The translations under genes were made by a program, and so were the position numbers. Positions 24,086 to 37,650 of a DNA stretch of 64,000 nucleotides are shown here, piece by piece. This stretch comes from Octopus sinensis. Lineage: Eukaryota. Each line of letters begins with the position of its first letter. Position 1 is the first letter of the stretch. The stretch covers positions 59,954,001-60,018,000 of the forward strand of contig NC_043010.1 of the NCBI RefSeq assembly GCF_006345805.1. The letters run 5' to 3'. A model generated the notes under the pieces. It saw nothing but the letters and a program-made list of their open reading frames with translations, made no database searches and was not told where the DNA came from.

Positions 24086-27000
24086 TGTCTCTGTTCCTGT
24101 TGTTGTTGTAGTTGCTATTCTTATCTTGCATAGCCTGTATTTTGTATAGAAAGAAAAACTGGGTTTTAATTTTGGTTTTTCCTCTTCTTGTTTCTATTTG
24201 CTATCTACAGCATCTTGAACCATCTTACTTGTCTATTTTCCAGATCTCTATAGTGCCTGTCCTGCTATATCCACCAGCTATGAGAGACAACATTACCAAG
24301 ATAGATTTCTTAAGCCCCTAGAAAGACAGCTGTCCCTGACACCTGAAGACATCATTAACTGACCCAAGGCAATTTCTATAATATCTTACAATCTCAATCA
24401 TCAAAATTACTTAGAAATAGAATAAACTCTGTATACCTGAAGAGGAAAGAAAAAGAGACCAGATTTTTCATTACTTAAAGTTTCATTAAAACTGTTTCCA
24501 TTCATGTAGTTTTATTTTTTTTAAATGCATAGTTCTTACACATTTGAAAAGTATAAATTAAACATATGCATATAGAACCAAGAGTGTGATATTTCTGATA
24601 ATACTCATTTTCCCTATTAAACTACTGCTGCTGCTGCTATATCACAAATGATTACAATACAAAATAAAACTTCTAAATGCTTTCTATTTGCATCCCTAGT
24701 CATATTATTATTAATCATAAAGTTTAAACAGTCTTTATTTTCTCCCCATTCATGTTTGTCCATTCACTCTAAACTTACCAACTGGTTATTTTTTTCAGTC
24801 AAGGTTTCATATTTGATGTTTTGTTTCCCTCAAAGATATAGAAATGCAAACATTATCACTAAATTATTATTTATAAAAAACACTACTCTTTGGTCCTTTA
24901 AATATATTAGAATTTGTTTTTATAAGACTGCAATTGAAAATAAAATCACGTATAAAATAACATTACACATAGTTAAGGGAGATGATAGTTTATTGTAAAT
25001 GTTGAGTAAATAAAAAAATTCATTTGTTATTTATGTGACGATTTCAATTACTCAATAAAATTGGTCATGTGATCTAACTATTATGTAGAAAAAGTTTAAT
25101 TTTGTATATAAAGCAAAATAAAAATAAAAATAGAAATAAATCTAGAGAACAATAGATATTTCTACTTTAGTTTGTTGTTTTTGTATTTTTAGACATGTTG
25201 GTATTGGATAAATTTCTTATGGCTAACTGTTAGTGGAACTGATAATTCTGTGTTCTCTCTCACTCCTTCTCTCTTTCTCTCTCTTTCTGTGAGGGGAAAC
25301 ATATCAACTAGTTTATCAGATGTTGGTTTAAGCAACACCCATCTCTATCACTACACACTCACTAAACATTTCACAGAGAACACAGACAGGAACTGCTGGC
25401 TTATACTGACTTACTCATCACATCAATCTATCAATATGAAGCCATTGTCACACCATAGCAGCAGTGACACAGACAACCATTAACAGCAGAACATTGGGAC
25501 CAAGTCACAGTTTATAACAACAAGGGATTTTATGTTGTAAAAGTAAGTATATCTTCACTTTATTGTTTTCATTTACTTTGTTGGATAAATATATTTAAAT
25601 TGTATCAAAACAAAACAAAACAAAACAAATCTAAATACTTTTTCTCCTTTAAAATATCACCAAATAGCAAAATAAATAGTTATTTATTTAGCTGTTTATT
25701 TCCAGAAAAGAAAACTGAATTCTCTCTAAACACCTATTTTTATTTATTTTTTGAAATATATTTTAAGCTGTGTATTTTAGCCTTATATACAATTCATGAT
25801 ATAAATAAGGAGAGGAAAATCTTGACTGTATAAGATGTTTGTTGTTGTTGTTGTTGTTGTTTTTCTTCAATTTCTTGCTTGGAAGGTTTATTGATCAGCT
25901 GTAATGTCTCCTTCTAATGCTTAGCCTCAGGCCTTATACAAGTGAGAAACTACACAAAACTGTTTCTCATAGTAGTTGATGATCACAAACTCTGCTGGAG
26001 GTTGAAAAGCCATTAGAACCACATCAATTCTTAGAGGAAATATCTTTCATCAAAATATTCCCAGGAGAAAATTTCTTCATATACTAAATAAACATTTTGA
26101 AGACATGAAGATGTTATCCTAAAACGGCAGCATATTGACAACAAAATAGAATCAATATATTGTCGAAATATATGACACTGTTTTTTCATTCTTTACTGCT
26201 ATAGATATAACACTTTTTGAAGTTTTCTTTTCATTTTAAATATAATACACTTCTAGACAACACATTTCAAAGTAAATCAATGCTAATATATTCCAGCACT
26301 GTGTTTGCATTTTATTTTACTAGTTATCAAATACAACTTATGTAATAATGCTTTTTATATTTATGAACTGCAAATCACAAATGTATTTGGAAAGTGAAAA
26401 CCAAAATAAATTTTCTAAAACTAGTTTGTTGAAAAAACATTAGTAAATGAAAGAGTTATCGCTAACAACCAACTGATCTATTACTTACAAATTAACAATA
26501 TAGTATAATTAAAGAAGTTGTTGTTGGCTATTGAAAGTTTGAGATCTGAATGCTAAGCAGCTTCGTCATTTTGATCACTTTTCATAACGAGAGGGTTTTA
26601 CTTTTTTTTTGTTAAAATGCAACCGGTAGTAAGTTGATATATCACTATTTCACAAAGTTATTTAAATATAAGAGTTATAAAATTATATAGTCATTATTTA
26701 GATATAATAAGCTATTTTAAGTGGCAATTTTAATTGTTTTTGCTTGAAATGAAGTATTTTGATTGGCTGTGCCAATATCTTGCTGAGCTTTACTTTGTAA
26801 TATTGAGGTTATTTGCTGACCTAACATGACTGAAAGAATTGTTTATGTAGTGAAATAGTTGCAAATGACTCTTTGGTAAACAGTCTCTTTCTCCAGATTA
26901 TACCATTTATAGTGGTAAATATGAGAATCTAAGTAAGTTAGTGTTAAGGAGAATGCACATAACAGATAATAAGCAAAAACCAGGAAGTGGGTGAAGTAGG

Positions 27001-28084
27001 GGCTCTAAAGCCCTTTAACTCTAATACCACAGTAAAAGTTGAGCTAAACTCACAGATATTGATTTGAAAGCCTGGCAAGCTACTTATATTGCCTCGTCTT
27101 GTTGTTTATAGCAATGATGATGATGATGTTTTTATGTTATTCCCATGGTGCAACGTGATATTATCAGTAGAGTTAGTGATATATCAGACCAACAAGTAGC
27201 AATTTAATACCTGTAACTTCATGCTGAGAAGATATGCATAGATTTATACAGAACTCTTCTCCTCTCTCTTTTTAGATATTGCAATTGTGCTGTAATTTAC
27301 ATATCAGTGAAATAAGTGAGATATCAGATATATTCTATGCGATATTACTATTCTGATACAGTATGATTTTTATTGTGAGATGTGAGAAGTATTTCATAGC
27401 TGGACTTGTCACATTTTATTTGTTAGCCTTAATTCTATTCTATAATTCTATGAGGAGATATAATCTCAGGAGTGAAGAGCATCAAATTAATGGTCAGTTT
27501 TGTGTCCAATCATTGTATTATCCTCTGTCCACTGTGAAGCCAGGTCACCACCACCAATAAAATCCAAACTTTACAAAATGGTGAAATGCCAAACTTGTTG
27601 CAAAGTAATGAATCTTTCCAAATTACAGTCATAATTATTATTTCCATGGGTAATATGTTTTATAGTTTGTAAATGCCTCCTTGCCACTGTGGCCTTTTTG
27701 AAGGATACTTTTTACTTCCAGTTTACATGCATTAAATAGATGAAGTATAACTGTTCCCTGGGTAAGACATTATTTTGTCATTGGTAACATTCTGGAAAGC
27801 TTTGTTAACTTTTAATAACACCAAGAACGATTGTGTGGTTAAGAGGTTTACTTGGTAACCAAGTAATTTAAGGTCTGATTCTATTATTTGGACCTTGGAC
27901 AAATGTTTTTGTTGTTCTTTTACATTAGCCTCAAGTTGATCAATGCCTGGTCAATAAAATTAGTATGTGAAACTGTGCGGAGGTCCATTGCATGTATGTG
28001 TGTGTGTGAGTTTGTTTGTACATGTGTCTGTATGCATATGTCTGCACAAATGCATGAACACATACATGTAATGCATGCAGAGTA

Positions 28085-28920
28085 TGACTGAAGGATTAAG
28101 GAATTCACTTTGTAACCATGAGATCCTTGGTTCAATCCTACTGTGTGGCATCTTGGGTAAGTGCCGTTTTCTATAGCTTCAAATTGATTCACTACTTTGT
28201 AAGGGAAAGTGGTGGGTGGAGGGAAAGTGGTGGGTGGAGAGAAAGTGGTGGGTGGAGGGAAAGTGGTGGGTGGAGGGTAAGTGGTGGGTGGAGGGAAAGT
28301 GGTGGGTGGAGGGAAAGTGGTGGGTGGAGGGAAAGTGGTGGGTGGAGGGAAAGTGGTGGGTGGAGGGAAAGTGGTGGGTGGAGGGAAAGTGGTGGGTGGA
28401 GAGAAAGTGGTGGGTGGAGGGAAAGTGGTGGGTGGAGGGAAAGTGGTGGGTGGAGGGAAAGTGGTGGGTGGAGGGAAAGTGGTGGGTGGAGGGAAAGTGG
28501 TGGGTGGGGGGGAAAGTGGTGGGTGGAGGGAAAGTGGTGGGTGGAGGGAAAGTGGTGGGTGGAGGGAAAGTGGTGGGTGGAGGAAAGTGGTGGGTGGAGG
28601 GAAAGTGGTGGGTGGAGGGAAAGTGGTGGGTGGAAAGAAAGTGGTGGGTGGAGGGAAAGTGGTGGGTGGAGAGAAAGTGGTGGGTGGAGGGAAAGTGGTG
28701 GGTGGAGGGAAAGTGGTGGGTGGAGGGAAAGTGGTGGGTGGAGGGAAAGTGGTGGGTGGAAGCTGCTTTCATGGCTTTGGGGCTGTAAATGAAAAATTTC
28801 AATTTTGTCAAGGACACATTGTGTTTAGGCTGATTCTGCCTGAGAATTACATTAAAGGTCCGTGTCTGATTTGTGGAACGCTCGGCCAGTTAGACATTAA
28901 TTCAATGAGCTGCTGATGCA
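28085..28920 (+). mobile_element. tRNA-derived SINE interrupted by an internal minisatellite
   Basis: B-box GGTTCAATCC at ~28129 and CATCTTGGGTAAGTG. SINE body (CCTGAGAATTACATTAAAGGT...) resumes after 28760. Confidence 0.7.
28203..28760 (+). repeat. G-rich minisatellite (GGGAAAGTGGTGGGTGGA)x31
   Basis: 558 bp with an 18-bp unit, a few substitutions and one +1/-1 indel pair. Confidence 0.98.
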
Positions 28921-29026
28921 AGGGATTAAACATTTGAATCTTCATCACTGAAACTAATAGAAAACCATCCATGCATATAAGTATGTATGTAGTGTGTATG
29001 AATGAATGTATTTAGGTAGGTAGGGA

Positions 29027-29699
<673 letters not shown>

Positions 29700-30169
29700 A
29701 AGGATGAAACATCTGTGGAAAATCAAATGTCCAGTGCTCATTGAATCCTATCCCTTGTGACATTTGTTTTGCATTGAGTTACAAGCACTCACTCACTACG
29801 CTTGTGGTCAGAAATGCAGTGAACCAGTGATGAGATCATTGGAAAGTAGTGATGAATAACATTATTGTTCACCATTGTGCTAGAAAATAATTTTTAAAAA
29901 ACAATAAAGAGTGATCTTATCTGTAAAGGAGTTTAAATTAATAATTATTTCAAATTTTGGCAAAAGTCCACCAGAGGGTACTTGATTACATTGACCCCCA
30001 GTAATCAACTGGTACTTGTTTTATCAACCCTGAAAGGATGAAGGGCAAAGTCGACTTCAGAAGAATCTGAATGTAAAGATGGATGAAAAGTTGCTAAGCA
30101 TTTCCACTGGTATGCTAAAGATTCTGCCAGCTCCATCCCCTTTGAATTAATGTTAATACTAATAATTAT

Positions 30170-30420
30170 TGTGTTGAGTCAAAAGTTTTGTTGTATTTTG
30201 GTAACTTATTTGCTTTGTCTGTCAAATTGCAGCAAAAGCAGCTCAGCATCCAAAGTAGAGGACATCGAGTGGTATCGTCTGAAGCCACTTTTTTTTTTGC
30301 CAGTACTTTGATACCAGACTGAAACCAGTTCTTGTTCTTCAAAGCAAAGAACTCGTTCACTGAAGTTTCAGCTTCCTCTTGGTTGGTGAAGCATTGCCAT
30401 GGATCTGAACAAGTAATAAT
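30170..30420 (-). mobile_element. Mariner transposase C-terminal relic
   Basis: EFFALKNKNWFQSGIKVLAKK followed by frameshifted WLQTIPLDVLYF. Confidence 0.65.
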
Positions 30421-32767
30421 CTAAGGGACTATTGGCTGGGTGTGGGCATCAGTTCAATTCCCTCCAGCGACTGGAGTTTATTCTGGAGCCTCCAAGCAGT
30501 ATGAGGTCTTACTGCAGAAGAACTCATTTTCTGTTAATCAAGGCTAAGTGTTTCTGCTGCTCAATGGCATAATTCCACTCCAGCTGTTTGCACTAGGAAT
30601 TGTCATTGATGATTCAAACAAGCAGAAAAAGACTCATAATGAATCATTCTGTCATAATTCCACCAGACACAGAGCATCATCTTGTCTTTGAACTGCCCAT
30701 GTTTGGTGACAGACTCCAGAAGCTGGTCCTTGCTTAACCACTGTTTATGTATGTTTAGACTGCAGACAAATATTTCCCCCAGATTATTACTTCTTCAAAT
30801 CCATGGCTCACTTTCTGTGCTCATGATGTTTCACCAACCGAGAGATGGAATCAATAAGTTACCAAAATATTTCAAAACTAAACACAATAATGTTATCTCA
30901 TGATCAATAACAACCTCATTTGCTTCTCCCATCATTAATATAAATAAAATCATTGCTCTAAGTAATTTTCCCCTTCATCTATACCTACCCAAAGCAATTG
31001 TCTAAGCACTGTAGCATTATTTCAAACTAAAGCCTCCACTTAGCTTAGAGTGCCAAATACTGCATTATTTACCTTGAGAAGACATCTCATACGGATGCAT
31101 GGAGCATAAAACCACACATATTTATATCACTACCAGATGAGAATTGACTGCTATAGGTGCCAGAACTGCCAGATCACGTGATTTTGACATGCTCCATCTC
31201 TTCAGTAGCAGACATCCAGTAGCTGCATACCAGTCAAACCTTGCTGCCAGCAATATGTTGAATTTCAATGACTGTTCAGACACTGATGTCACAAAATATC
31301 CAATAGGCTTCTTTAAAAATGATTATTAGCAACAAAGGCAGAATTAATATCAAAAGATTTTATGTACCATGTGACCTTGTGAGAGGTCCACAGGAAATGT
31401 CCTCTCCAGGTAAGTAGCACAAGTTGGATACAAAGAGTACATTTTGGTTTTCATACTGCTTCTGTCACTAATAATTGTAGTTAAGCTCAGTGTTATACAA
31501 GAAGCCATGGAACGTGTATCAGTGGGATGGTTTTTAATAATCTCACAGAATCTACATCCATTCAGTTTAGATTAATTTAAAGCATAAATTGACTACTATT
31601 TTATATTCACTTGCTAACTTCTCAACAAATACAGCATTTACCTATCATACTGGCTATTTCTACCTCCACCACCTTCTAGCATATTCTTGTTATTGTTTAT
31701 TTACCTTAAAAACAATTTGCAGTGAGCAGTTACCATGGCACCATACTTGCTGAACTTTAGGCAAGGACTGAGATGCAAGTTTTTATTAAAAGTAGTGAAA
31801 GTGGTTTTGTTGGAGGAGTTTTTGTTGTTGCCATTAACATATATTCTTAAAAGGACAAATCAACTGAAATGTTTTGCCAGTAATTTTGCATTTTTATAGT
31901 TTTATCTGAGAAAATGTAAGATATAGGTCTGAATTCAAAGATAAATACATCATAGAATAAATACATGATCTCTCTCTCTCTCCCTCCCTCTTTCACTCTC
32001 TCTCCCTCACAAACACATGCACACACACACATACATGCATGCACTCCCACACATACACACATGCTCTCTCTCTCTCAAACACACACACTTTAATAAATTA
32101 ATGTTATTATGTTTCAAGATATAGTTTCAGGTTTCTTACCTGGTTTCCTTAAATAATTTTCCCCCAGATTAATGTACAAAAAGTTTAGTCAATCTATTCA
32201 AGGCCTGGTACTTCACCCGTTGACCCCAAAAGGATGAAATTTGAAGTTAACCTCAACAGATTAATTACTGATTCTGTCATTCATCATTCTTCTACAACTA
32301 ATTCGTTATTTTATTGCAAACATGCTTTCCTTTTAAATTCCTGCATATTTTTTCTAACATATCTTTTTAACTAAATCATTCATTAATATTTCTCTTGTTT
32401 AATTCGTTAGTTTAATTCGTTAGACAAATGGAGAAACCAATTATATTGTTAATGTTTATTTTAATTAATGTAGAAAGAATGAAAGCCTGGTTGACTTCAG
32501 TAGGATTTGATTAGTCCAACATACAACTGCTCCAGCTATTTCCAATGTCTTAATTGTGGCTCTATTTAACAGTACTACCTGGCTCTTTGTCTCTTTAGAG
32601 AAGCCCATTTTGTTGCAAACATTACGTCAGATGTTTTTGTCTGAAGATAACTTAGTCCATTCCTCCAACAAGCCACTGAGGTTAAGCAAAAAGATCATTG
32701 GCATTGTCCTTCCTTCTGATTAAGTTTTTTTTTAAAAAAAAGCAAATAATAATAATAATAATAATAA

Positions 32768-33319
32768 ATGCCCTGATGCAGTACCATGCAGTGTCTCCCG
32801 TGGCTTCTAATCTTAACTAATTGGAAGTGTTATCATGTACATCGTTTTGTCTTGGTATAAAAGATGGGTTATAGCAAATATTCTGCTCAATACCACAGAT
32901 TTGCTTGTCAGTTGTTTGACCTTAACCAGTTGAGCATGTCCCTTAGTGGCTGACGATATGTGCATCTCTGATCACGAGCAGAAGTAGTGGGGGAGCATCA
33001 TAGCCATGTGTTGAGAGGAATTCTTTGGGGTTTGAATAATTCACCTCTGGAAACATGGGTGTTATGTTCAACATCCTTAAACAACCCTTATTCAGGGACC
33101 ATTTGAGTGGGATGGGGTACTCGACCAGAAGAAAATTCTGAGCCCCACCTGCAAGGTCATGTGCTGTTTATCTTGATATGAGATTGCCATGTCATGCACA
33201 TATGGTTGTGATGCATGTGCCTAGTGTACCCTTATCAGACGGGTAGTCATGATGGGTATACTGGGCTTCGTGTATTTTACCCCAGTGTCACTTTGATGGC
33301 ATGTGCTGCTCTCTTACTC
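32768..33319. mobile_element. ~550-bp ORF-less element embedded in (TAA)n
   Basis: Sharp GC-richer block with (AAT)n on both sides (32746-67 and 33320-65). No Pol III boxes, TIRs or ORF are visible. Confidence 0.6.
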
Positions 33320-33365
<46 letters not shown>

Positions 33366-34035
33366 TCTAAATATCTTATAATAATTTAGTTTATTGTAAA
33401 ATGTCGATAGAATTAATTTCCACTAATGTAAATTCAACTAAAGGAGTAAAATTTTATTTCAGGTTTATTATAAACATAAACTATTATAATTTAGTATAAA
33501 GAAATGGTTTCAGGTTGATATAATGAAGTAGCTTTTTTAATGAAATAATATTTCATTGAGTAAATAAGATTTGAAAATCTTTCCCGGCTGGAGTACAGGG
33601 GAGCTAACTTTCCTTCTGATCATATGTCAAGTTTAGCATACTGAAGTAATTATGCCATAGCAATCATTATGAACATGACACAGAATGCACCACAGCCAAT
33701 TATTTCCAGTGAAACAACATTTTTTTCTGCTAAAAGTCAAGTTTTATGAGTTTAAAATATCAATATGCTGGAGGGAAATCTCACAAATAAGCAAAAAAGT
33801 CTGTTTTCCAAAAATCAATAGCAGATGAAAGGAAATGGAAACATATTTAGACTTATTTTCAGTAGCTTTCTTCCGTTTCCTTTGCATTTTCTTTTTCTTT
33901 TTTATAGAAATGATGAAGTCAAGAATTTATTTTAGAATATAATTAAGTTTATTTTCTTATTCACTTCCATGTTTTTCAGAATGATCTGACAGCTTTAACA
34001 GCTCTCTCGCACATCAAGCAACTGTACATGGAAAT

Positions 34036-36417
34036 ATGTTTGTAGAATACTTATCTGTATTATTACTTCAATTCTGTTTATGCATGGACATCACCTACCA
34101 TGTCAATGAAGAAGACAGTCCTCACACCTACATAGGAGACATTGCTGCTGATTCTAACTTATCAAACTCTCTCACACATCAACAACACACTCTCATTACA
34201 TTTACACAACTACAAAGGACAGTCGAGAGTGGTTCTCACTTATTTAATGTCACCAACTCAGGAAAACTATACACTACTCAAACACTGGATGCTGAGTCTC
34301 TGTGTACATACAACAAGGAATGTTCCAGAATAGTTAAAGTAGCAGTAAGGAAAGGAAAGACATTTATGAAGATATTAAAAGTGAAAGTAACAATAGAAGA
34401 CATCAATGATAATCAACCAACATTTCCCACCAAAGAGATTTCATTAGAATTTGATGAAGGTGATGGGAAGGGAATGAAAAAGTCCATCCCTAACGCAATT
34501 GACAAAGATGTTGGATTTCATAACCACATGATAAAATACTTTTTGGCAAATTCTGAAAACGAACCATTTTCATTAATAGTAACCAGAAGAGCTGATGGAA
34601 TCTCAATGTTAGAAATTGTTTTAGAAGAGAGGTTGGATAGAGAAATGAAGGATATCTATAACATAAATGTTGTGGCTAAAGATGAGGGATCTCCAACTAA
34701 ACAGAGTGTTTTAAAAGTTCGAGTAATAATTAAAGATGAGAATGACAATCGACCTGTATTTTCTAGAAATATTTATAATGTATCCATCAAAAACACACAC
34801 AATAAGAATATTCCAATCCTCACACTATCATCAACGGATTCCGATACAGGAGAAAATAAGAAAGTCTCTTACTACTTCAGTCCAATGACTTCAGACACTG
34901 TTAAAAGACAGTTTCAAGTCGATCACTCTACTGGCAAAATTTTCTCAACAGAGAGTTCTAGTCTAGATACTAAATTGACATACCAACTCTACATAGAAGC
35001 TAGGGATGGAGGCAGTCCTCCTCTCAGTTCCATAGCAACAGTCCTCGTGAATGTCATCAACCAACACAATAATCCTCCATCTATTGACATTGATTATGTT
35101 TCTGCAATCAGTGACAACACAGCTACCATCTCGGAAGATACCAAAGTCGGTAGTTTCATTGCTTATGTGATGGTCACTGACAATGATGTTGGGTATAATG
35201 GACAAGTCAGCTGTAGCCTCCATCATGATATATTACAGCTGGTGTCCATGGGGTCAAAAGAATTTAAAATAGTTATGAAAAGTTCTGTTGACAGAGAGAC
35301 ACAAGATTATTATAATGTCTTGATTACCTGTCAAGATGAAGGTTTCCCATCTCTTAAAACAGAACAAATGTTTTCACTCCAGGTCACTGATGCCAATGAT
35401 GTACAGCCACAATTTAATAAAGACATGTTTAAATTTTTAACTTATGAAAATGAAAAACCACATTTTCCTATTGGCTTTATCAATGCCACTGATCCTGATC
35501 TGGGACTGGCTGGGAAGCTAACCTATTCCCTATTGCACAAGAAAAGGCATCCAATTCCCTTTCAAATTTCTAACTATGGCTTTATTTCAACAAACCAGTC
35601 TTTAGACAGAGAACACAGAGATTTCTATGAGTTTGAGGTTTTTGTGAAAGACAATGGAAGCCCATCTCTGAATAACACAGTGAATGTTGAAGTGGAAGTA
35701 TTGGATAGAAATGATAATGCTCCATATTTTACATTTCCTAGTGTTGACCCTTTCACTCTTGATGTCCACTATCATCCGCAAAGTAAGAACGACATCACAG
35801 TTTTGAGAGCTTCAGACAGAGACAATGGAAATAACGCTTTTCTCAAGTATGAAATCGTTTCAGGTAACGAGAGACAGTTATTTAAACTGGACTTGTTCAC
35901 TGGTGTGTTATCTTACTCTCGCACAGTTTACCAAAATGATGCCGGATCATATGAGCTTGAGTTTGTTGTGAAAGACAGTGGTACTCCAGTTCTGTCAGCA
36001 ACAACTAGTGTGTCTTTGACACTGACTGTTAGTAACAAGACGTCACCAATGTTCACAGCTGTGCACTTACAGTCTGGTAACAACCTCAATTTAACTTGGG
36101 TAATTATCATAGTAGTAGCAGCTGTAATAATATCTGTGGCTATTGTGGTTTCTGTGACACTGTGCTTTATTAGAGGCACCAATACAAGAAATAATTCTGC
36201 AAGGGTTCGTGAAAATTCTCAATACCATTCAAGAGCAGAAATGAAACAGTTAATATACCAAACAAATAATCCCATAGTTGTGACAAAAAACCCAGAAGAG
36301 ATGCTCAGCAATAACAGTCCGTCAATTATATCATCAAACCAGTTTTACCCTGAGGAGAACTCAAGTAAAGACTGGAAAACAGCTACTCTAGTCCGGACAC
36401 TTCCAAAATCCATAACG
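34036..36417 (+). CDS. Pcdh: Coleoid-type protocadherin, main coding exon (signal peptide, 6 cadherin repeats, TM, start of cytoplasmic tail; 794 codons, phase-0 donor)
   Basis: Uninterrupted ORF. EC1 has a C-X5-C motif (CTYNKEC), with DINDN/DENDN/DANDV/DRNDN linkers, LDRE motifs and TM WVIIIVVAAVIISVAIVVSVTLCFI. Acceptor TTTTTCAG ends at 33979 and donor ACG|GTAAGT is at 36418. The last 28 aa of the supplied 822-aa ORF are intron read-through. Confidence 0.97.
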
Positions 36418-36546
36418 GTAAGTTTATTTTCTTTCTACTACATATTATTTGGTTTGTATTTCATAGATTTCTCTTTTGACAAATTACTAATTTATATTTA
36501 TTAATTCTACATTACTATTGGTGAGCAATAGCACTTTTGGTTACAG

Positions 36547-36585
36547 GATTGTCCAGAGTTACAAAACAATAGAAGTTTTCAATAA
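36547..36585 (+). CDS. Candidate short terminal protocadherin exon (DCPELQNNRSFQ*)
   Basis: TTTTGGTTACAG acceptor 129 nt after the donor, TACTAAT at 36485, open in phase 0, AATAAA overlapping the stop. There is no homology support. Confidence 0.3.
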   Translation, partial: DCPELQNNRSFQ

Positions 36586-36899
36586 AGCTGGATGACACCT
36601 ATCCATTGCTAGAAACATTACAATTTCAACAATTATAAGGAATATATATATATATATATACATACACATATATTCATTATTCATCATGTTGAACCATTAA
36701 TCCCTACAAATATTTTTTCTCTTACCTTTCTTTTTTTCTTTTCATTCTCCTTTTTTTTTCTCTCAATCCTTTTTGTTGAGGAGTGTAGGCTTGAAACCTC
36801 AATGATTTTTCCATTCTTGTCCCCGAGTGTCAAACTAATACACCTGCTTGTTGTTCCCTCACCTGTCTTAGTCTTTTGTTTTCTGTAAATCTGAACTAT

Positions 36900-36909
36900 A
36901 CATACATAC

Positions 36910-36943
<34 letters not shown>

Positions 36944-36949
36944 ATAATG

Positions 36950-37015
<66 letters not shown>

Positions 37016-37087
37016 AATATATAAATGTATGTATGTATATATATATGTGTATGTATATATATGTATGTGTGTATATATATATATATA

Positions 37088-37122
<35 letters not shown>

Positions 37123-37138
37123 GTGTATGTATATATAT

Positions 37139-37180
<42 letters not shown>

Positions 37181-37278
37181 ATGTATATATATGTATGTGT
37201 GTATATATATATATATAAATATGTGTGTGTGTGTATAAATATATGTATATATATATATATATTTATATAATGTGTGTG

Positions 37279-37336
<58 letters not shown>

Positions 37337-37349
37337 ATGTGTGTGTGTG

Positions 37350-37402
<53 letters not shown>

Positions 37403-37453
37403 ATATTTCGGAATGGTCATTTTGCCAGTTTAGCCAATAATATAATAATATAA

Positions 37454-37527
<74 letters not shown>

Positions 37528-37650
37528 GTGTGTGTGTGTCTATATAAATATATATATAATGTGAGTATATATATATATACACACACACACACATTATATA
37601 TACATATATTCATATGTATGTGTATATATATATATATATACAAAAAAAGT
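36900..37650. repeat. Compound (TA)n/(TG)n microsatellite block
   Basis: Directly visible. It is the source of the YI/HT/CV-repeat ORFs. Confidence 0.98.

Noticed and set aside
28203-28760. CRISPR-like or telomeric array
   Set aside because: There are no unique spacers, the context is eukaryotic and the unit is not TTAGGG.
28118-28916. 190-224 aa ORFs (RESGGW, VEGKWW, GGKVV, STHHFP repeats)
   Set aside because: They are translations of the 18-bp minisatellite, which has no stop codons in several frames. There is no splice or coding context.
36418-36504. Second transmembrane helix at the end of the 822-aa ORF
   Set aside because: It lies beyond a consensus GTAAGT donor in T-rich intron sequence. 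It is kept only as a possible intron-retention isoform.
37396-37440. Repeat (also ~53310) with GAAA-TATA-ACAATA on the minus strand, resembling a hammerhead 3' strand
   Set aside because: No CUGANGA-like strand in register with a stem I.
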